Made by a program: the position numbers and the translations under genes
Virus record (IMG/VR): IMGVR_UViG_3300002062_000002
DNA from: a virus
DNA length: 64,000 nt
Reading direction: 5' to 3' (one strand)
In this document: in pieces, positions 10,021 through 19,710 of the stretch
Position numbering within the stretch: the stretch's first letter is position 1
Layout: every line of letters begins with the position of its first letter
Notes under the pieces: model-generated
What the model was told of the DNA's origin: nothing
The model's database searches: none
Seen by the model: only the letters and a program-made list of their open reading frames with translations

Positions 10021-10631
10021 TTGCCATAGTTACGATTACCACCTTTATTGTTATCACGGGGAGGTGGTTCTTTGTACGTCTTGGTAAGCACTGAGGTTAG
10101 TAACTGCTGAATCGTCTTAGCATAATTACGGGCGTATAAAGAAGATTCCATTGCAACGCCCATGGTATTGCCTTCCGAGTCTGTAAAGTCATGGAAATAT
10201 GGGCTTGTAAAGTAGAACACTGCTTTGGGCCTATCTTTTGCAATTAATGAAATATATACCCTCCCATCTTCAGCGCGACCAACAACGGTCTTGCAGGTTT
10301 CTACGGGTTTTTCACTACGTACGCCACCTGGAAATATATAATTTCGATTAGTAATGTAATAACGACAAGGCGAATCCGAGGAGGCTACTTTGTCAATTAG
10401 TTCAAGTACTGCACCGGCTGTTCTAAAGTCCATTGCAGCTCGAATTCTGCCATTATCTACATCGCCATCGACACCAGTGTAAACATCAATGCGAGGCTTA
10501 CCTGCTTCTGTGATGTACCACAGCAAATTGGGCGCGTCCTTGGATTCGCCAATACGCTGACCATATAAACGAAAATCTGATTGATCCAACGCCGTCTTTA
10601 CGCGCTTCTTGTAGTTTTGGTTATTGTTCAT
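10017..10631 (-). CDS. chmC: ChmC-like nucleus-associated nucleic-acid-binding protein (phiKZ gp67-like)
   Basis: Beta-rich 204 aa (KPRIDVYT, VGRAEDGRVYISL) upstream of the gp68-like gene; short Gly/Asn tail; synteny. Confidence 0.62.
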   Translation of the reverse strand: MNNNQNYKKRVKTALDQSDFRLYGQRIGESKDAPNLLWYITEAGKPRIDVYTGVDGDVDNGRIRAAMDFRTAGAVLELIDKVASSDSPCRYYITNRNYIFPGGVRSEKPVETCKTVVGRAEDGRVYISLIAKDRPKAVFYFTSPYFHDFTDSEGNTMGVAMESSLYARNYAKTIQQLLTSVLTKTYKEPPPRDNNKGGNRNYGN

Positions 10632-10819
10632 TGGTAAATGTCCTATAATAATTAATGGTGGAGGGTAACGGTTAAACTAATTGACACCACACGGAGTTAC
10701 ATGGTTAGTGCTATACGTCCCGTACGTATGAAATTCATCTTTTCGTATACCCCCCCTGTAAATTAAAGTTGTATTTGATTAGGTTTTTATACAAACTATA
10801 ACGATAACACGTATTAATT

Positions 10820-11638
10820 TTACTGAAAGCGCGAAGCTACCCGTATTAACTGTATTAACGTATCCTTTATTTTTTCGTCACCGTATCGATTGATATCACT
10901 GGTTATTTTTTCCATGGATGTTAAGGGCGTCCATTTACCCTTTTCGGCTATTTCCAAAACCCCCCGTTTCATAGCCGTAAACATACTAGAAAATGTTTCA
11001 TTGTCACCAAATACTTGTAGTGTCAGAATATTAAAGGGTAAAGAGTCTGTGTCCTTACCTGTTAATTTACTGTTCCATTCGACCGATTCTTTGACCTTAC
11101 CGGTATGTGATTCTAAAAGACGCACCGTGCCAAATTCATAACGGGATAATAAGTCGATGGGTTGATGGGTTAGTAACATGGCATCCCGATTGCCCCCCTT
11201 TAATTTAATGTCAAATGATAAAATGTTTATATTGGATTCGCGGACTACTTTATTAAGTACCATTTCAGATGTATGCCATAATGCTTTTTGTCTATCGGTT
11301 TTAAGTTTCTTTAAAAGAGCATATTTAAAATGCCTATCTAGTGAACCCCTAACGGCATTGTAAAACACCACATTGATTTTTTCATCGGTATACGATCTAA
11401 CATATTCTACAATTAGATATGCTTCTTCCGATATTGTAGTGGCTATATCATCAACGGTTAACGTCCGTGCGTCGTCTACGCTAAACGTACTTATTAAGTT
11501 TCTGATAAGTGTTCGTATGTTTATCCAAAGTGTGAGTTTTTCGTTTTTATGTCGAGTGGTCAATTCCTCAATGGCAATGGCGGTTGGAATAGACACGGGG
11601 ACTTTTGTCCCCAGTTCTCGGTTGGCAATGATCGTCAT
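10820..11638 (-). CDS. Conserved chimallivirus protein (phiKZ gp66-like), possible 5'-3' nuclease-like fold
   Basis: LWINIRTLIRN, LLTHQPIDLL, LPFN..TLQVFGD; abuts the SbcD-like gene. Confidence 0.6.
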   Translation of the reverse strand: MTIIANRELGTKVPVSIPTAIAIEELTTRHKNEKLTLWINIRTLIRNLISTFSVDDARTLTVDDIATTISEEAYLIVEYVRSYTDEKINVVFYNAVRGSLDRHFKYALLKKLKTDRQKALWHTSEMVLNKVVRESNINILSFDIKLKGGNRDAMLLTHQPIDLLSRYEFGTVRLLESHTGKVKESVEWNSKLTGKDTDSLPFNILTLQVFGDNETFSSMFTAMKRGVLEIAEKGKWTPLTSMEKITSDINRYGDEKIKDTLIQLIRVASRFQ

Positions 11639-12865
11639 TTATATTACCTCGTTTAATAATCCCTCCAGACGATTAAGTTTTTCTGTATCCAGTTCACCGT
11701 TATGTTTGTCGGCTAAAAACTTTAACGTCAATCGTTTAATGGTTTCTTTGTTGATATTTGCAGGGGTGAAATTTTGAGTAAGTTTAAAGGGGGATGCAAG
11801 CTGTCCATCCTCTACCGTCTCCCTGCTCATTGTCCACCTGAATTCCGGATACATCGTTTCTATATCCCGTTTAGCTGACGCTATTTCGGACCCCGCGGAT
11901 GCAATAATACGAAAATGACTACCGTTGGGTTTCTTTACCACGGAGGCTTGTATTACTTCTAGCGATTCCGCTACAGATAACCCCAAGCAATTAATGGTAA
12001 TGAATTTAGTGGCTAGTTTATTTGTAATAAATCGAATAGAGTCACTTCCATTATCCGCCAACGAAATATCAAGTCGATAATGTCCCTTTGCCGCTTCCTC
12101 GCCGTGGCAAAAGCGATCAAACGAACCTTGTGCTAAAATGTTTCGCCATTGACGTTGAACATGAACATGACCAATGGTAATATAGTGCTTTACAATATCA
12201 CTATATTTAAACTCGTCATGGTGGGAAAGTTTAATATTGTTTGGTAATTGAAAACCAAACATACCGTGCATAACACCCATATCAACTTGCTTAAGGTCAT
12301 GTTGGGATAATAGACACTGCACCTGCTTCCAAGTTTCATTTGGATCATGCTCCCATTCATCGGGAACGTAAAGTACATCCATATTTAAAGCGTCTATGTG
12401 CTCGATGTACAACTTATCAATCCACCGCACATTACATGAAGATTTTAACATCTTAGCAATGTTAATAAATAGTGCATTCTGACGCCAGTCGTGGGATGGG
12501 GTACCTTCCAATATACGTAGTATAATATCACGTTTTTCACATAACTTAATTAAATCAGATATAAATAATTGAATGCACCCAACCCCCTCGTGGGAGAGGT
12601 GTATATTTCTGTCAAAGAAGTCACCGGCAATAAAGATAATGTCCAGTTCCCCAGTGGTATCGTTATCGGGAAACGCGGCATATAGCCCCCGGACAATATC
12701 TTCGGAGGGCACTTTATGATGACCTAAATGTACATCGGATATAGTGGCAATGCTAACATGCTTACTATGCTTCTTCGAAATCATCATCATCGAATGTCTC
12801 AGTTGGTTGCATTCCAGGTGGCGGGGTGAGTGGTGTGGATTTGTTGAAAAGTGTAGGTTCCCCAA
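11639..12865 (-). CDS. sbcD: SbcD/Mre11-like metallophosphoesterase nuclease
   Basis: SDVHLG, AGDFFD, EGTPSHD, MHG, GHVH motifs; true start probably near 12790. Confidence 0.88.
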   Translation of the reverse strand: MGNLHFSTNPHHSPRHLECNQLRHSMMMISKKHSKHVSIATISDVHLGHHKVPSEDIVRGLYAAFPDNDTTGELDIIFIAGDFFDRNIHLSHEGVGCIQLFISDLIKLCEKRDIILRILEGTPSHDWRQNALFINIAKMLKSSCNVRWIDKLYIEHIDALNMDVLYVPDEWEHDPNETWKQVQCLLSQHDLKQVDMGVMHGMFGFQLPNNIKLSHHDEFKYSDIVKHYITIGHVHVQRQWRNILAQGSFDRFCHGEEAAKGHYRLDISLADNGSDSIRFITNKLATKFITINCLGLSVAESLEVIQASVVKKPNGSHFRIIASAGSEIASAKRDIETMYPEFRWTMSRETVEDGQLASPFKLTQNFTPANINKETIKRLTLKFLADKHNGELDTEKLNRLEGLLNEVI

Positions 12866-13328
12866 AATAGGCTAACATTTTATCAAACTGACGCACGCTA
12901 TCCATATCTATTTCTAATTTTTGAATTTTACGGCTCATGTTCTCCAATAAGTATCGCTCTCCTAATTTAGGATGCTGGGTTGCACGAGATCGCGCTTCCG
13001 CGGATATGAGTGCCGCCGAGTTTGAAGAAGCACCTTTAACTAACGTAGGATGTCGATTGAATATGGGAGGAATAGTAAAGACTAGTTCGTTTCCGGCGTA
13101 TACATCAACTGACACATACGGATTATTACAGTACTGTATCCATGGGGCCATGCTGACGTTATCATCCGTAGATAAGAATAGCGGTAAAAACTCACGCTTA
13201 AAGACGGCCACGTCCATGCGTATGGACGATGCCTCATCTACCTCGGAAAGTGCAACCATGGCGTCTAATAGTTCTTGCGGTGCTACGGTGGGGTCCATTG
13301 TTAGCTTGGACGGGTCTAATTTACCCAT
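12765..13328 (-). CDS. Conserved hypothetical protein with acidic tail
   Basis: 187-aa ORF overlapping both neighbours; ends DDDDFEEA. Confidence 0.7.
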   Translation of the reverse strand: MGKLDPSKLTMDPTVAPQELLDAMVALSEVDEASSIRMDVAVFKREFLPLFLSTDDNVSMAPWIQYCNNPYVSVDVYAGNELVFTIPPIFNRHPTLVKGASSNSAALISAEARSRATQHPKLGERYLLENMSRKIQKLEIDMDSVRQFDKMLAYFGEPTLFNKSTPLTPPPGMQPTETFDDDDFEEA

Positions 13329-13746
13329 AGGGAATCGCCTCTCCGTTTAAGTTATTTACCACTTCAGAAATGATGGAATTTTTAGATGAAATGGAAACCG
13401 ATAAGGATTTAGTTTTGTTATCTTGGGTCACCCCTCCCCGCATGATTAAATCTAAAATACCGTTTTCATTTTCCACCACGTCAATTCGTATACTGCTTTG
13501 GTCAAAATGGCGCTTAAATAGTAAATTAAACTGCACCTCTAGTTCTGACTTTAGTACAATTGGGTTTTTTGCATGCTTTGATAAGTACCACTGAACACTA
13601 AATACTTTATTTGCATGGGAAACCGATTGGGAATGATCGCTAACAAAGGCATAGGCCAAGACGACATCTATGCGATCTGAAAAATCTTGTCCAGTAATCC
13701 AACCTTTAGCTGTAAGTGTTGGAACGGCGTTATTTTTGGAGGTCAT
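13321..13746 (-). CDS. Conserved chimallivirus core protein
   Basis: PTLTAKGW...FVSDHSQS; SD AAGGA before ATG. Confidence 0.7.
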   Translation of the reverse strand: MTSKNNAVPTLTAKGWITGQDFSDRIDVVLAYAFVSDHSQSVSHANKVFSVQWYLSKHAKNPIVLKSELEVQFNLLFKRHFDQSSIRIDVVENENGILDLIMRGGVTQDNKTKSLSVSISSKNSIISEVVNNLNGEAIPYG

Positions 13747-13759
13747 GGTAATTCCTTAC

Positions 13760-13788
13760 AAAAAAATAACGAGGGTTTTATCCCTCGT
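13760..13788 (-). terminator. Intrinsic terminator
   Basis: Minus strand ACGAGGG-ATAAAA-CCCTCGT then TATTTTTTT. Confidence 0.75.
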
Positions 13789-13798
13789 GTTGTGTTAA

Positions 13799-14413
13799 TT
13801 ATAAAAGATCGTTTAATGGTGAAGTAGGATCGTGAATGCCTTTTTCAATTATGGCACGTTGAGCAGCCCATGAACGTTGAATATCCACTTGAGATAGGAA
13901 TGATAGGTTATCTTCATCGACACCATCTTCGCAATCTAAGTATGTCGTACACACACCTTCCCCATTTGAATCTAACATCAGTCCATCTACGGCCAGACGA
14001 TAGTCTCGGTGAGTCTCTCCGATATCACCCACGCTCCAGTCTTTATATTTATCAGTGTACCCGTCAATGGTTTGTTGTTGATACCGAGTACGTATTACAG
14101 GATCTGCCATTAGCCACCGACGCATAATGGGTTTTGCTTGTTGAAGCGCCCCCAAATCAGTTAGCGGTCTAACCTCATCTAAATCCCAACTATGACGAAA
14201 TGACCGTGCCATAGCCTCCATCTTACGAATAGATTCATCGCTAATTGCCTGCTTTAATGAATCGTACCCCACCTGAAAGAATTCTTTGCCTGCAGTTGTT
14301 AATTTATCCCACCCTACGTTTGCTCTATTACGCACGTAGTCAACGGTAGACTGCGTAGGGGCACCATAAATGGCAGCATCTGCTGCGGTAAGGCACCCAA
14401 CTTCAACTTGCAT
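13799..14413 (-). CDS. Conserved chimallivirus core protein (probably phiKZ gp59-like)
   Basis: LQQAKPIMRRWLMADP..R..Y....IDGY...RDYR; SD AGGAG; synteny. Confidence 0.62.
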   Translation of the reverse strand: MQVEVGCLTAADAAIYGAPTQSTVDYVRNRANVGWDKLTTAGKEFFQVGYDSLKQAISDESIRKMEAMARSFRHSWDLDEVRPLTDLGALQQAKPIMRRWLMADPVIRTRYQQQTIDGYTDKYKDWSVGDIGETHRDYRLAVDGLMLDSNGEGVCTTYLDCEDGVDEDNLSFLSQVDIQRSWAAQRAIIEKGIHDPTSPLNDLL

Positions 14414-14426
14414 ACTATCTCTCCTG

Positions 14427-14783
14427 TTAATTTAATGCCTTTGCGTTACTATATATTAAGGCCTGTATGTTTTTTTTTACAAATAGTGCCGCCGTGATGG
14501 TGTTGATAATCAGTGTTACTATAATGTAATTATCCCAGTTAAATTCTATAACGTACCACGGTGGCTTAAATGCAAACCATGTTGTGAACGTCACCTGCAT
14601 TCCACAGCCAATGGCAATGGCCGTAGATAATGTAAAGTTAGTAAAAATTTCATCCTGTATAAAAAACGCTACAATATACGCAATGGCGGCCAGCGTTAAT
14701 ACGGTGGAAATCCCTATCCATAAATGCTTTTGCTCTTTCGGTAAATTCTTTAACGCATCAACATCATTGTAATCTATACTCAT
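14427..14783 (-). CDS. Small membrane protein (about 3 hydrophobic segments)
   Basis: LWIGISTVLTLAAIAYIVAFFI, LSTAIAIGCGMQVTFTTWFAF, YIIVTLIINTITAALFV. Confidence 0.65.
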   Translation of the reverse strand: MSIDYNDVDALKNLPKEQKHLWIGISTVLTLAAIAYIVAFFIQDEIFTNFTLSTAIAIGCGMQVTFTTWFAFKPPWYVIEFNWDNYIIVTLIINTITAALFVKKNIQALIYSNAKALN

Positions 14784-14792
14784 TGTATTCTC

Positions 14793-16439
14793 CTATTTAT
14801 ATTCAGTAAGCCAGCCATGTGCAGTTGAGCACGTGGGGGAGGGCAGTTTTACGATATTAGAAACGGTTTTGGGGATGTGTAAATCGTGAATGCCTATGTG
14901 AGTAGACATGTTGTAGAAGTTATTATACAGTACCTTATCGGTAATAAGTAACAGATTAAGTGCATCGCCATCAAAGTCCGCATTAGGCCCTGTTAAGACC
15001 AAAACCGACAACCCAATTGTATTGTCTTCAATTAACTCCGTTTTAATCTTAGTTACGTACAACAATTGGGCAGAAAGCCTATCTAACGTTGGGTTACGTT
15101 GCAAAACGATTGGAATGCCCGTTATAGCGGATCGCATAGTGCCGTAAGGAGATTCTTCAATTAATTCCTGCAGTAGTTCTACAATCATAGGTACTCTATT
15201 GCCAGCAGCGTACGCCAGTAGTCGAGTTATCTCCCGTGGACTATACCCACGCTTAATTAGTTTATTTTGAAGATGTATTTTAAATAGGCCTACCGCCATG
15301 GTATACGGTAAATGACACTCGTCGTAATCATGCAGTATTGTATCGTTAGCTAGGATAAACTGATTATTGATAAATATGTACTTATCTTCAGTTAGTCCAT
15401 CTGCGTGTGCGTCCCCGTCCCTGGTTACTAGAATGATATCTTTCTGTTTGTACGCATTGGCACTCCACGCATCAGCCGAGGCAAACTTATGTACGGTGCC
15501 ATTAAAATCCCAATCGCTATTAACAATAGAGGTAATGACGCCCCGTGCAGTAAATTCTAACCTAGAGCCAAATATATGATGTCGAGCCATGCCGTGTTTC
15601 CCGCCAATTACATCACGGAAATTAAGATCGTAGTATTCTGCCATTTTAGTGTGGAATGTCAGTACTCTATTCTCTACTATACGCGGGCTATGTGTTTCGG
15701 GGTCAGTAGAAACTGAACAGATGGCCCGTATGGCATCCATGCAGGCAGGTTGGCTTGGGTCCATTGTTTTACCAATGGCATTTTTCTCTATTACAAATAA
15801 TCGTCTATTTGGTATAGGTAAAACGGAAGTAAAGGTAGCCTCATAATTTTGTGTAACTAATTGATATACTTCATCGGCACACGTTTGTGTTTCTGCCCGG
15901 GTACTTTTACTTACTCCGTATCGGTTCTGGTGAAGGAACGTTATAATGTCAGTGTAGTTATCAACAAAATAATTCCACCCACGCTTAAACCCGTGTTGCG
16001 TAAGTTTATCGACTAACTCTGAAAATTTTGAATCTGGCGGATACTTATAATCCTTACTGGCAAACCATGCGATGAAAGATAATCCCGATCTGGAATAGTG
16101 TGCGTTTAGCATTATCCATATTACAGGATTCATAAATACACGTATTCCGGCCGGTGGGGCTATCCAGACAATCGAATCCATCGTGGAGTCAAACGTATCT
16201 TCAACTATAGTACCACAATGCGTACACGTGCGTTTAAGGTTTGACATACCCCGCGTTACACCACATTTACATTTAGGGATATTATCTAGTGTATCCCCGT
16301 TGTAATTGGAGGTAAGAAGTCTGGCGATCTCATCTCTACCGTCTTTTGTATCGGGTGAGAAGTCATTAATCATGATAGGATCAAAGGGAAGGTTTGCAAA
16401 AGTTTCTTCGTGGTTTTCTACTTTCTGATAAAAGCCCAT
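14793..16439 (-). CDS. Non-virion RNA polymerase beta' N-terminal catalytic subunit (phiKZ gp55-like)
   Basis: NADFDGD, LQRNPTL, CKCG...CTHC Zn finger, RHHIFGSR; start moved to ATG 16439 (MGFYQ) behind SD in the repeat. Confidence 0.95.
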   Translation of the reverse strand: MGFYQKVENHEETFANLPFDPIMINDFSPDTKDGRDEIARLLTSNYNGDTLDNIPKCKCGVTRGMSNLKRTCTHCGTIVEDTFDSTMDSIVWIAPPAGIRVFMNPVIWIMLNAHYSRSGLSFIAWFASKDYKYPPDSKFSELVDKLTQHGFKRGWNYFVDNYTDIITFLHQNRYGVSKSTRAETQTCADEVYQLVTQNYEATFTSVLPIPNRRLFVIEKNAIGKTMDPSQPACMDAIRAICSVSTDPETHSPRIVENRVLTFHTKMAEYYDLNFRDVIGGKHGMARHHIFGSRLEFTARGVITSIVNSDWDFNGTVHKFASADAWSANAYKQKDIILVTRDGDAHADGLTEDKYIFINNQFILANDTILHDYDECHLPYTMAVGLFKIHLQNKLIKRGYSPREITRLLAYAAGNRVPMIVELLQELIEESPYGTMRSAITGIPIVLQRNPTLDRLSAQLLYVTKIKTELIEDNTIGLSVLVLTGPNADFDGDALNLLLITDKVLYNNFYNMSTHIGIHDLHIPKTVSNIVKLPSPTCSTAHGWLTEYK

Positions 16440-16445
16440 AGTTTT

Positions 16446-16495
16446 TCCTTTTAGTTTTAGTGTTTGATATGACACTTAGATAATATATGTGTCAA
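16446..16495 (-). repeat. 50-bp perfect direct repeat, copy 2
   Basis: Identical to 9971-10020; overlaps the last chimallin codons. Confidence 0.97.
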
Positions 16496-18349
16496 CCAGT
16501 TATAACGACCACCGGTAGCTTGTGAGTTACCATAGCTAACGGGACCCGTGCGGCCTGCAAACAAACCGCTTGGCTGTGCTTGTGTACGAGAGTACTGTGA
16601 GAAGTTAGCCGATGGACGACTACCCACGCCCATATCGCGATGAATGTTATCTGGGATAACTACCGCGCCACCCGCACGACACGCTGCCGCCAATGCGTTA
16701 ATGGCATCGCCATGGATATTAATACGACGTGAGTAGCCAGTAATAACAACCGAGTCACCAATCACCGCACGTAGGATATCTTCACGACGACGCATTACTT
16801 CCGCTTCTGAATTAACTGTATCAATAAAAGTATCGGCAAAGTCACGCGCTGCCTGTGGTTCAGTTTCACCTACACGGTTATACATAGCAAGCGAATCGAT
16901 TTCGCGTAAGTCTTTCTTGTCGCCATTATTATCAATGTAGTAACCGTTATGGATACGTGTTGTACCTGGAATGAAGAACTGCCCCTCGTACTTAAAGTTA
17001 CCGCCAGTAAGAACATTTGCAGAATTGTATATTTCATTCAATGCACGCTTGCTACCAGAGGCCGCATCCAAGAAGATATTTTCAACCCAAGACTTAGCAC
17101 CTGCTTCTTCAATATCCATAGAATATATAAGGTTAGGATGCACGGCAACAGATAAAATCTGTAATAGGTCTTGCGGTGTACGGTTGCTGGCGGCGGGAAT
17201 GTCAAACTCAGCCAATGCGGGACAATCATACTGAAGGCCCTCAATGTCATGTAGACTTTTCACGCCACCTACTTCAGTTGGCAGGAACGTTTTCGCAAAG
17301 TTAAACTCTTCTTCTAAAATAGCACACGATGCCAAGCCCTGTAAATGGAGTTCGGTAGATACTGTATTTAACCCAGTGTCAAGGTTAGTAATAACAAACC
17401 GAGGTACAAAACACGCGGTGGGTGCGGCAGTGGTCTGTGGAGTACCAAAGCCAGCCTGTTGCTGTGGTGCAATTGGAACGCCCCATGCCGATTGCTGCTG
17501 CGGCACACCTTCGTAAGCCAGGTCAACGTAGCCAGTAACCGTAGATACGTTTAGGCTGTTGTTGGTTAAGATGTCCATTGTACCGCCATCGTTACGCGTA
17601 GTTGCACGCATATCAACTTGAATATCCGAACGAATGATTTGACCCGTACCAGTTTCAGTGCTGCTTTTATGGAAGCCAAGCTTAATGCTTACCTGCTCCT
17701 TTTCAGGATTCCATAAATCTACGCTATACGCACGTTGCTGTAGGCCGGTTCGACGAACCAGAATACCACTGTTAGATTGAGCCACATCAAATATAATTGA
17801 ATGTAAACGAGGGGTATCTTCAACTGATAACGTACGTGGAATAACAATCACACCAGACTCATGTAATGTTGCACCATTTTTGAAATGACCATGTGCAGCT
17901 TCGGCGCAGATTTTCCAGAGACTATCGCTTTGTAAATCACCCGGAGTTAACTTAACAGGCACCTTACGGTTGTTGGCTACTGTCTCTTCGCGTGAGCCAA
18001 GGTCTTCGCCCGTACCTTCTAAAATGAGGGTGGAGATAGCAACGTGACCGCCATTGTCTGCTTCGGTCGCTGCCAAGATGAGTGAGAAGGGTAAGTTGTA
18101 TGTGGTGCGCTCAACCGGAAGTAACTTAATTTTAAAGCTTTCTTTATCGGCACACTCGTTCAATGCGGATACCATTGAGTTTAGTACTTCGCCATTACCG
18201 GTACGACTGACACCACAGCCCAACGCCGACTGAGATGCAATAAGGCCAATGGGACCTTGTTGTTCACGTGTATAACCTTGATTGCCTTGTTTCTTTTTAC
18301 CGTGTTTTTCGAACGCGTCTTTCATGGCCGTGTTATGATCTGTAGTCAT
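16457..18349 (-). CDS. chmA: Chimallin, major phage nucleus shell protein
   Basis: 630 aa from ATG 18349 with SD AAGGA; FVPRFVITNL, RIHNGYY, DLREIDSL, VVITGYSRR; lies between DNA polymerase and gp55-like as in phiKZ. Confidence 0.9.
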   Translation of the reverse strand: MTTDHNTAMKDAFEKHGKKKQGNQGYTREQQGPIGLIASQSALGCGVSRTGNGEVLNSMVSALNECADKESFKIKLLPVERTTYNLPFSLILAATEADNGGHVAISTLILEGTGEDLGSREETVANNRKVPVKLTPGDLQSDSLWKICAEAAHGHFKNGATLHESGVIVIPRTLSVEDTPRLHSIIFDVAQSNSGILVRRTGLQQRAYSVDLWNPEKEQVSIKLGFHKSSTETGTGQIIRSDIQVDMRATTRNDGGTMDILTNNSLNVSTVTGYVDLAYEGVPQQQSAWGVPIAPQQQAGFGTPQTTAAPTACFVPRFVITNLDTGLNTVSTELHLQGLASCAILEEEFNFAKTFLPTEVGGVKSLHDIEGLQYDCPALAEFDIPAASNRTPQDLLQILSVAVHPNLIYSMDIEEAGAKSWVENIFLDAASGSKRALNEIYNSANVLTGGNFKYEGQFFIPGTTRIHNGYYIDNNGDKKDLREIDSLAMYNRVGETEPQAARDFADTFIDTVNSEAEVMRRREDILRAVIGDSVVITGYSRRINIHGDAINALAAACRAGGAVVIPDNIHRDMGVGSRPSANFSQYSRTQAQPSGLFAGRTGPVSYGNSQATGGRYNWLTHILSKCHIKH

Positions 18350-18407
18350 TTTAGTTTCCTTCAATTTACTGTTAAAATTTAATCGATTAAATGCAATTAT
18401 CCAATTG

Positions 18408-18432
18408 CACTGTAATGATATGTGTGTCAAAA
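18408..18432 (-). promoter_or_regulatory. Early promoter motif variant upstream of chmA
   Basis: Minus strand TTTTGACACACATATCATTACAGTG. Confidence 0.65.
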
Positions 18433-18520
18433 GACTTTGGTTTAAGTATGTTTTTTATAAAAAACGCACATAACCTAATACAAGTACATCACATACCCGG
18501 ACAGAAGTATTGTACTTCTA

Positions 18521-18547
18521 CATATAATAGGTAGGTGTATGTAAAAA
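18521..18547 (-). promoter_or_regulatory. Second-class promoter motif (TTTTTAC-N10-12-TATTATAT), also at 24825-24851, 25355-25379, 27121-27149
   Basis: Minus strand TTTTTACATACACCTACCTATTATATG; related intergenic copies TTTTTACGCAACTCTACTATTATATAG and TTTTTACATCACCAGTTATTAATATAG. Confidence 0.5.
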
Positions 18548-18606
18548 ATATCTAGAGTTTTCATATAGCTTATGTATGAAGCTATATACATTAATCCCAT
18601 ACCACA

Positions 18607-19710
18607 TTGGATGTCCCCATGAAACACTTAATTTTTGATGATGTTCCCCCGCTTAATTTTTCAATGGCCACTTACCCCAAGTACAATCATCTACTAACTG
18701 GCATAGAAGCCAATGTAGCTAAAGTAAAGTCCTATGAATCCCGTAGTAGTGACGTTGTTCCATCCGACCATCCGCTGGTGGGCATATTACAATCGGTTAG
18801 TACTGAGTTACATGAAGATATACGCTTTCACTATATGGAAGCTCTCGACCGAAACGTGGAATGGTGTGCCGCTAGAAATATAACCACCGCCAGTAAAACC
18901 GCCGGCGACTTTAATGGGGTGTGGTTAGGTGGCAACGACACCGAATTTGTTATTAGTAGCATTGACCGCATTCCCACTTCTAAGTTTAAAAATAACCAGT
19001 ATAAAGACTGGATGAATTTAGTCCCCCTTAAAATTCTTACCTCCAAATATGACGATATCGTGCCGTGGATGCCGGGGCAGGCTCCATATAACGCAGATAG
19101 CTGGGCGGTGTTGAGTATTGACCTTCCCATGTTGGCCATTATGTATCGGGGATGGTTACGGTATACTGAAAAAGAAGAAATTGAGCAAACACAGTCATCG
19201 TTTCTCTATAGCTATGTTTTAGCTAACGCCATGGCTACGCACCAGCCGATAAAGATACTTAATCGATTTGCCAGGATACTTAATGATTTACCGGTGACAC
19301 ATATCACTGGATCTACTACCCCCGCCATTATAGACTACGATAAACGGTTAGTGGTCGAACAAAAAAAAATAGTAAAAACAAATCAATTAACAAAGTATAG
19401 CTGGATTGAACTTTTACAGGCAACACCTATTGGATTGGATGTAACATTAGTCGATATGCTTAATCCCATTACGGGGGCAGAAACGAGTCAAAACCGCTGG
19501 TTGGCAGTTTTGACTCAGGTTAGATTGCTTCGTTACCTATTGGATAATGAAAACGTTACAGGTAATCAACAGTACGTAGCTAGGTTAAAACGTTTTATGG
19601 TGGAGTTAAAACGGGATGGTGGCGTTATGGGTATACGCAACGCAGATGCCATAGACGTAGTGCGTAATGAGTTTGAAATACTGTTAGATATCACTAGCGA
19701 TTATAGCTAA
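18607..19710 (+). CDS. Conserved chimallivirus protein between chmA and DNA polymerase
   Basis: 367 aa; HPLVGIL, WAVLSIDLPMLAIMYRGW, F..SYVLAN; likely start 18619. Confidence 0.68.
   Translation: MDVPMKHLIFDDVPPLNFSMATYPKYNHLLTGIEANVAKVKSYESRSSDVVPSDHPLVGILQSVSTELHEDIRFHYMEALDRNVEWCAARNITTASKTAGDFNGVWLGGNDTEFVISSIDRIPTSKFKNNQYKDWMNLVPLKILTSKYDDIVPWMPGQAPYNADSWAVLSIDLPMLAIMYRGWLRYTEKEEIEQTQSSFLYSYVLANAMATHQPIKILNRFARILNDLPVTHITGSTTPAIIDYDKRLVVEQKKIVKTNQLTKYSWIELLQATPIGLDVTLVDMLNPITGAETSQNRWLAVLTQVRLLRYLLDNENVTGNQQYVARLKRFMVELKRDGGVMGIRNADAIDVVRNEFEILLDITSDYS

Noticed and set aside
8429-16475. Two ORF-track proteins share the N-terminus MSYQTLKLKG
   Set aside because: It is the translation of the 50-bp regulatory repeat; SD-supported starts lie downstream (9964, 16439).
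18350-18430. 27-aa N-terminal extension on chimallin in the ORF track
   Set aside because: It starts at a TTG inside the promoter motif; the SD supports ATG 18349.
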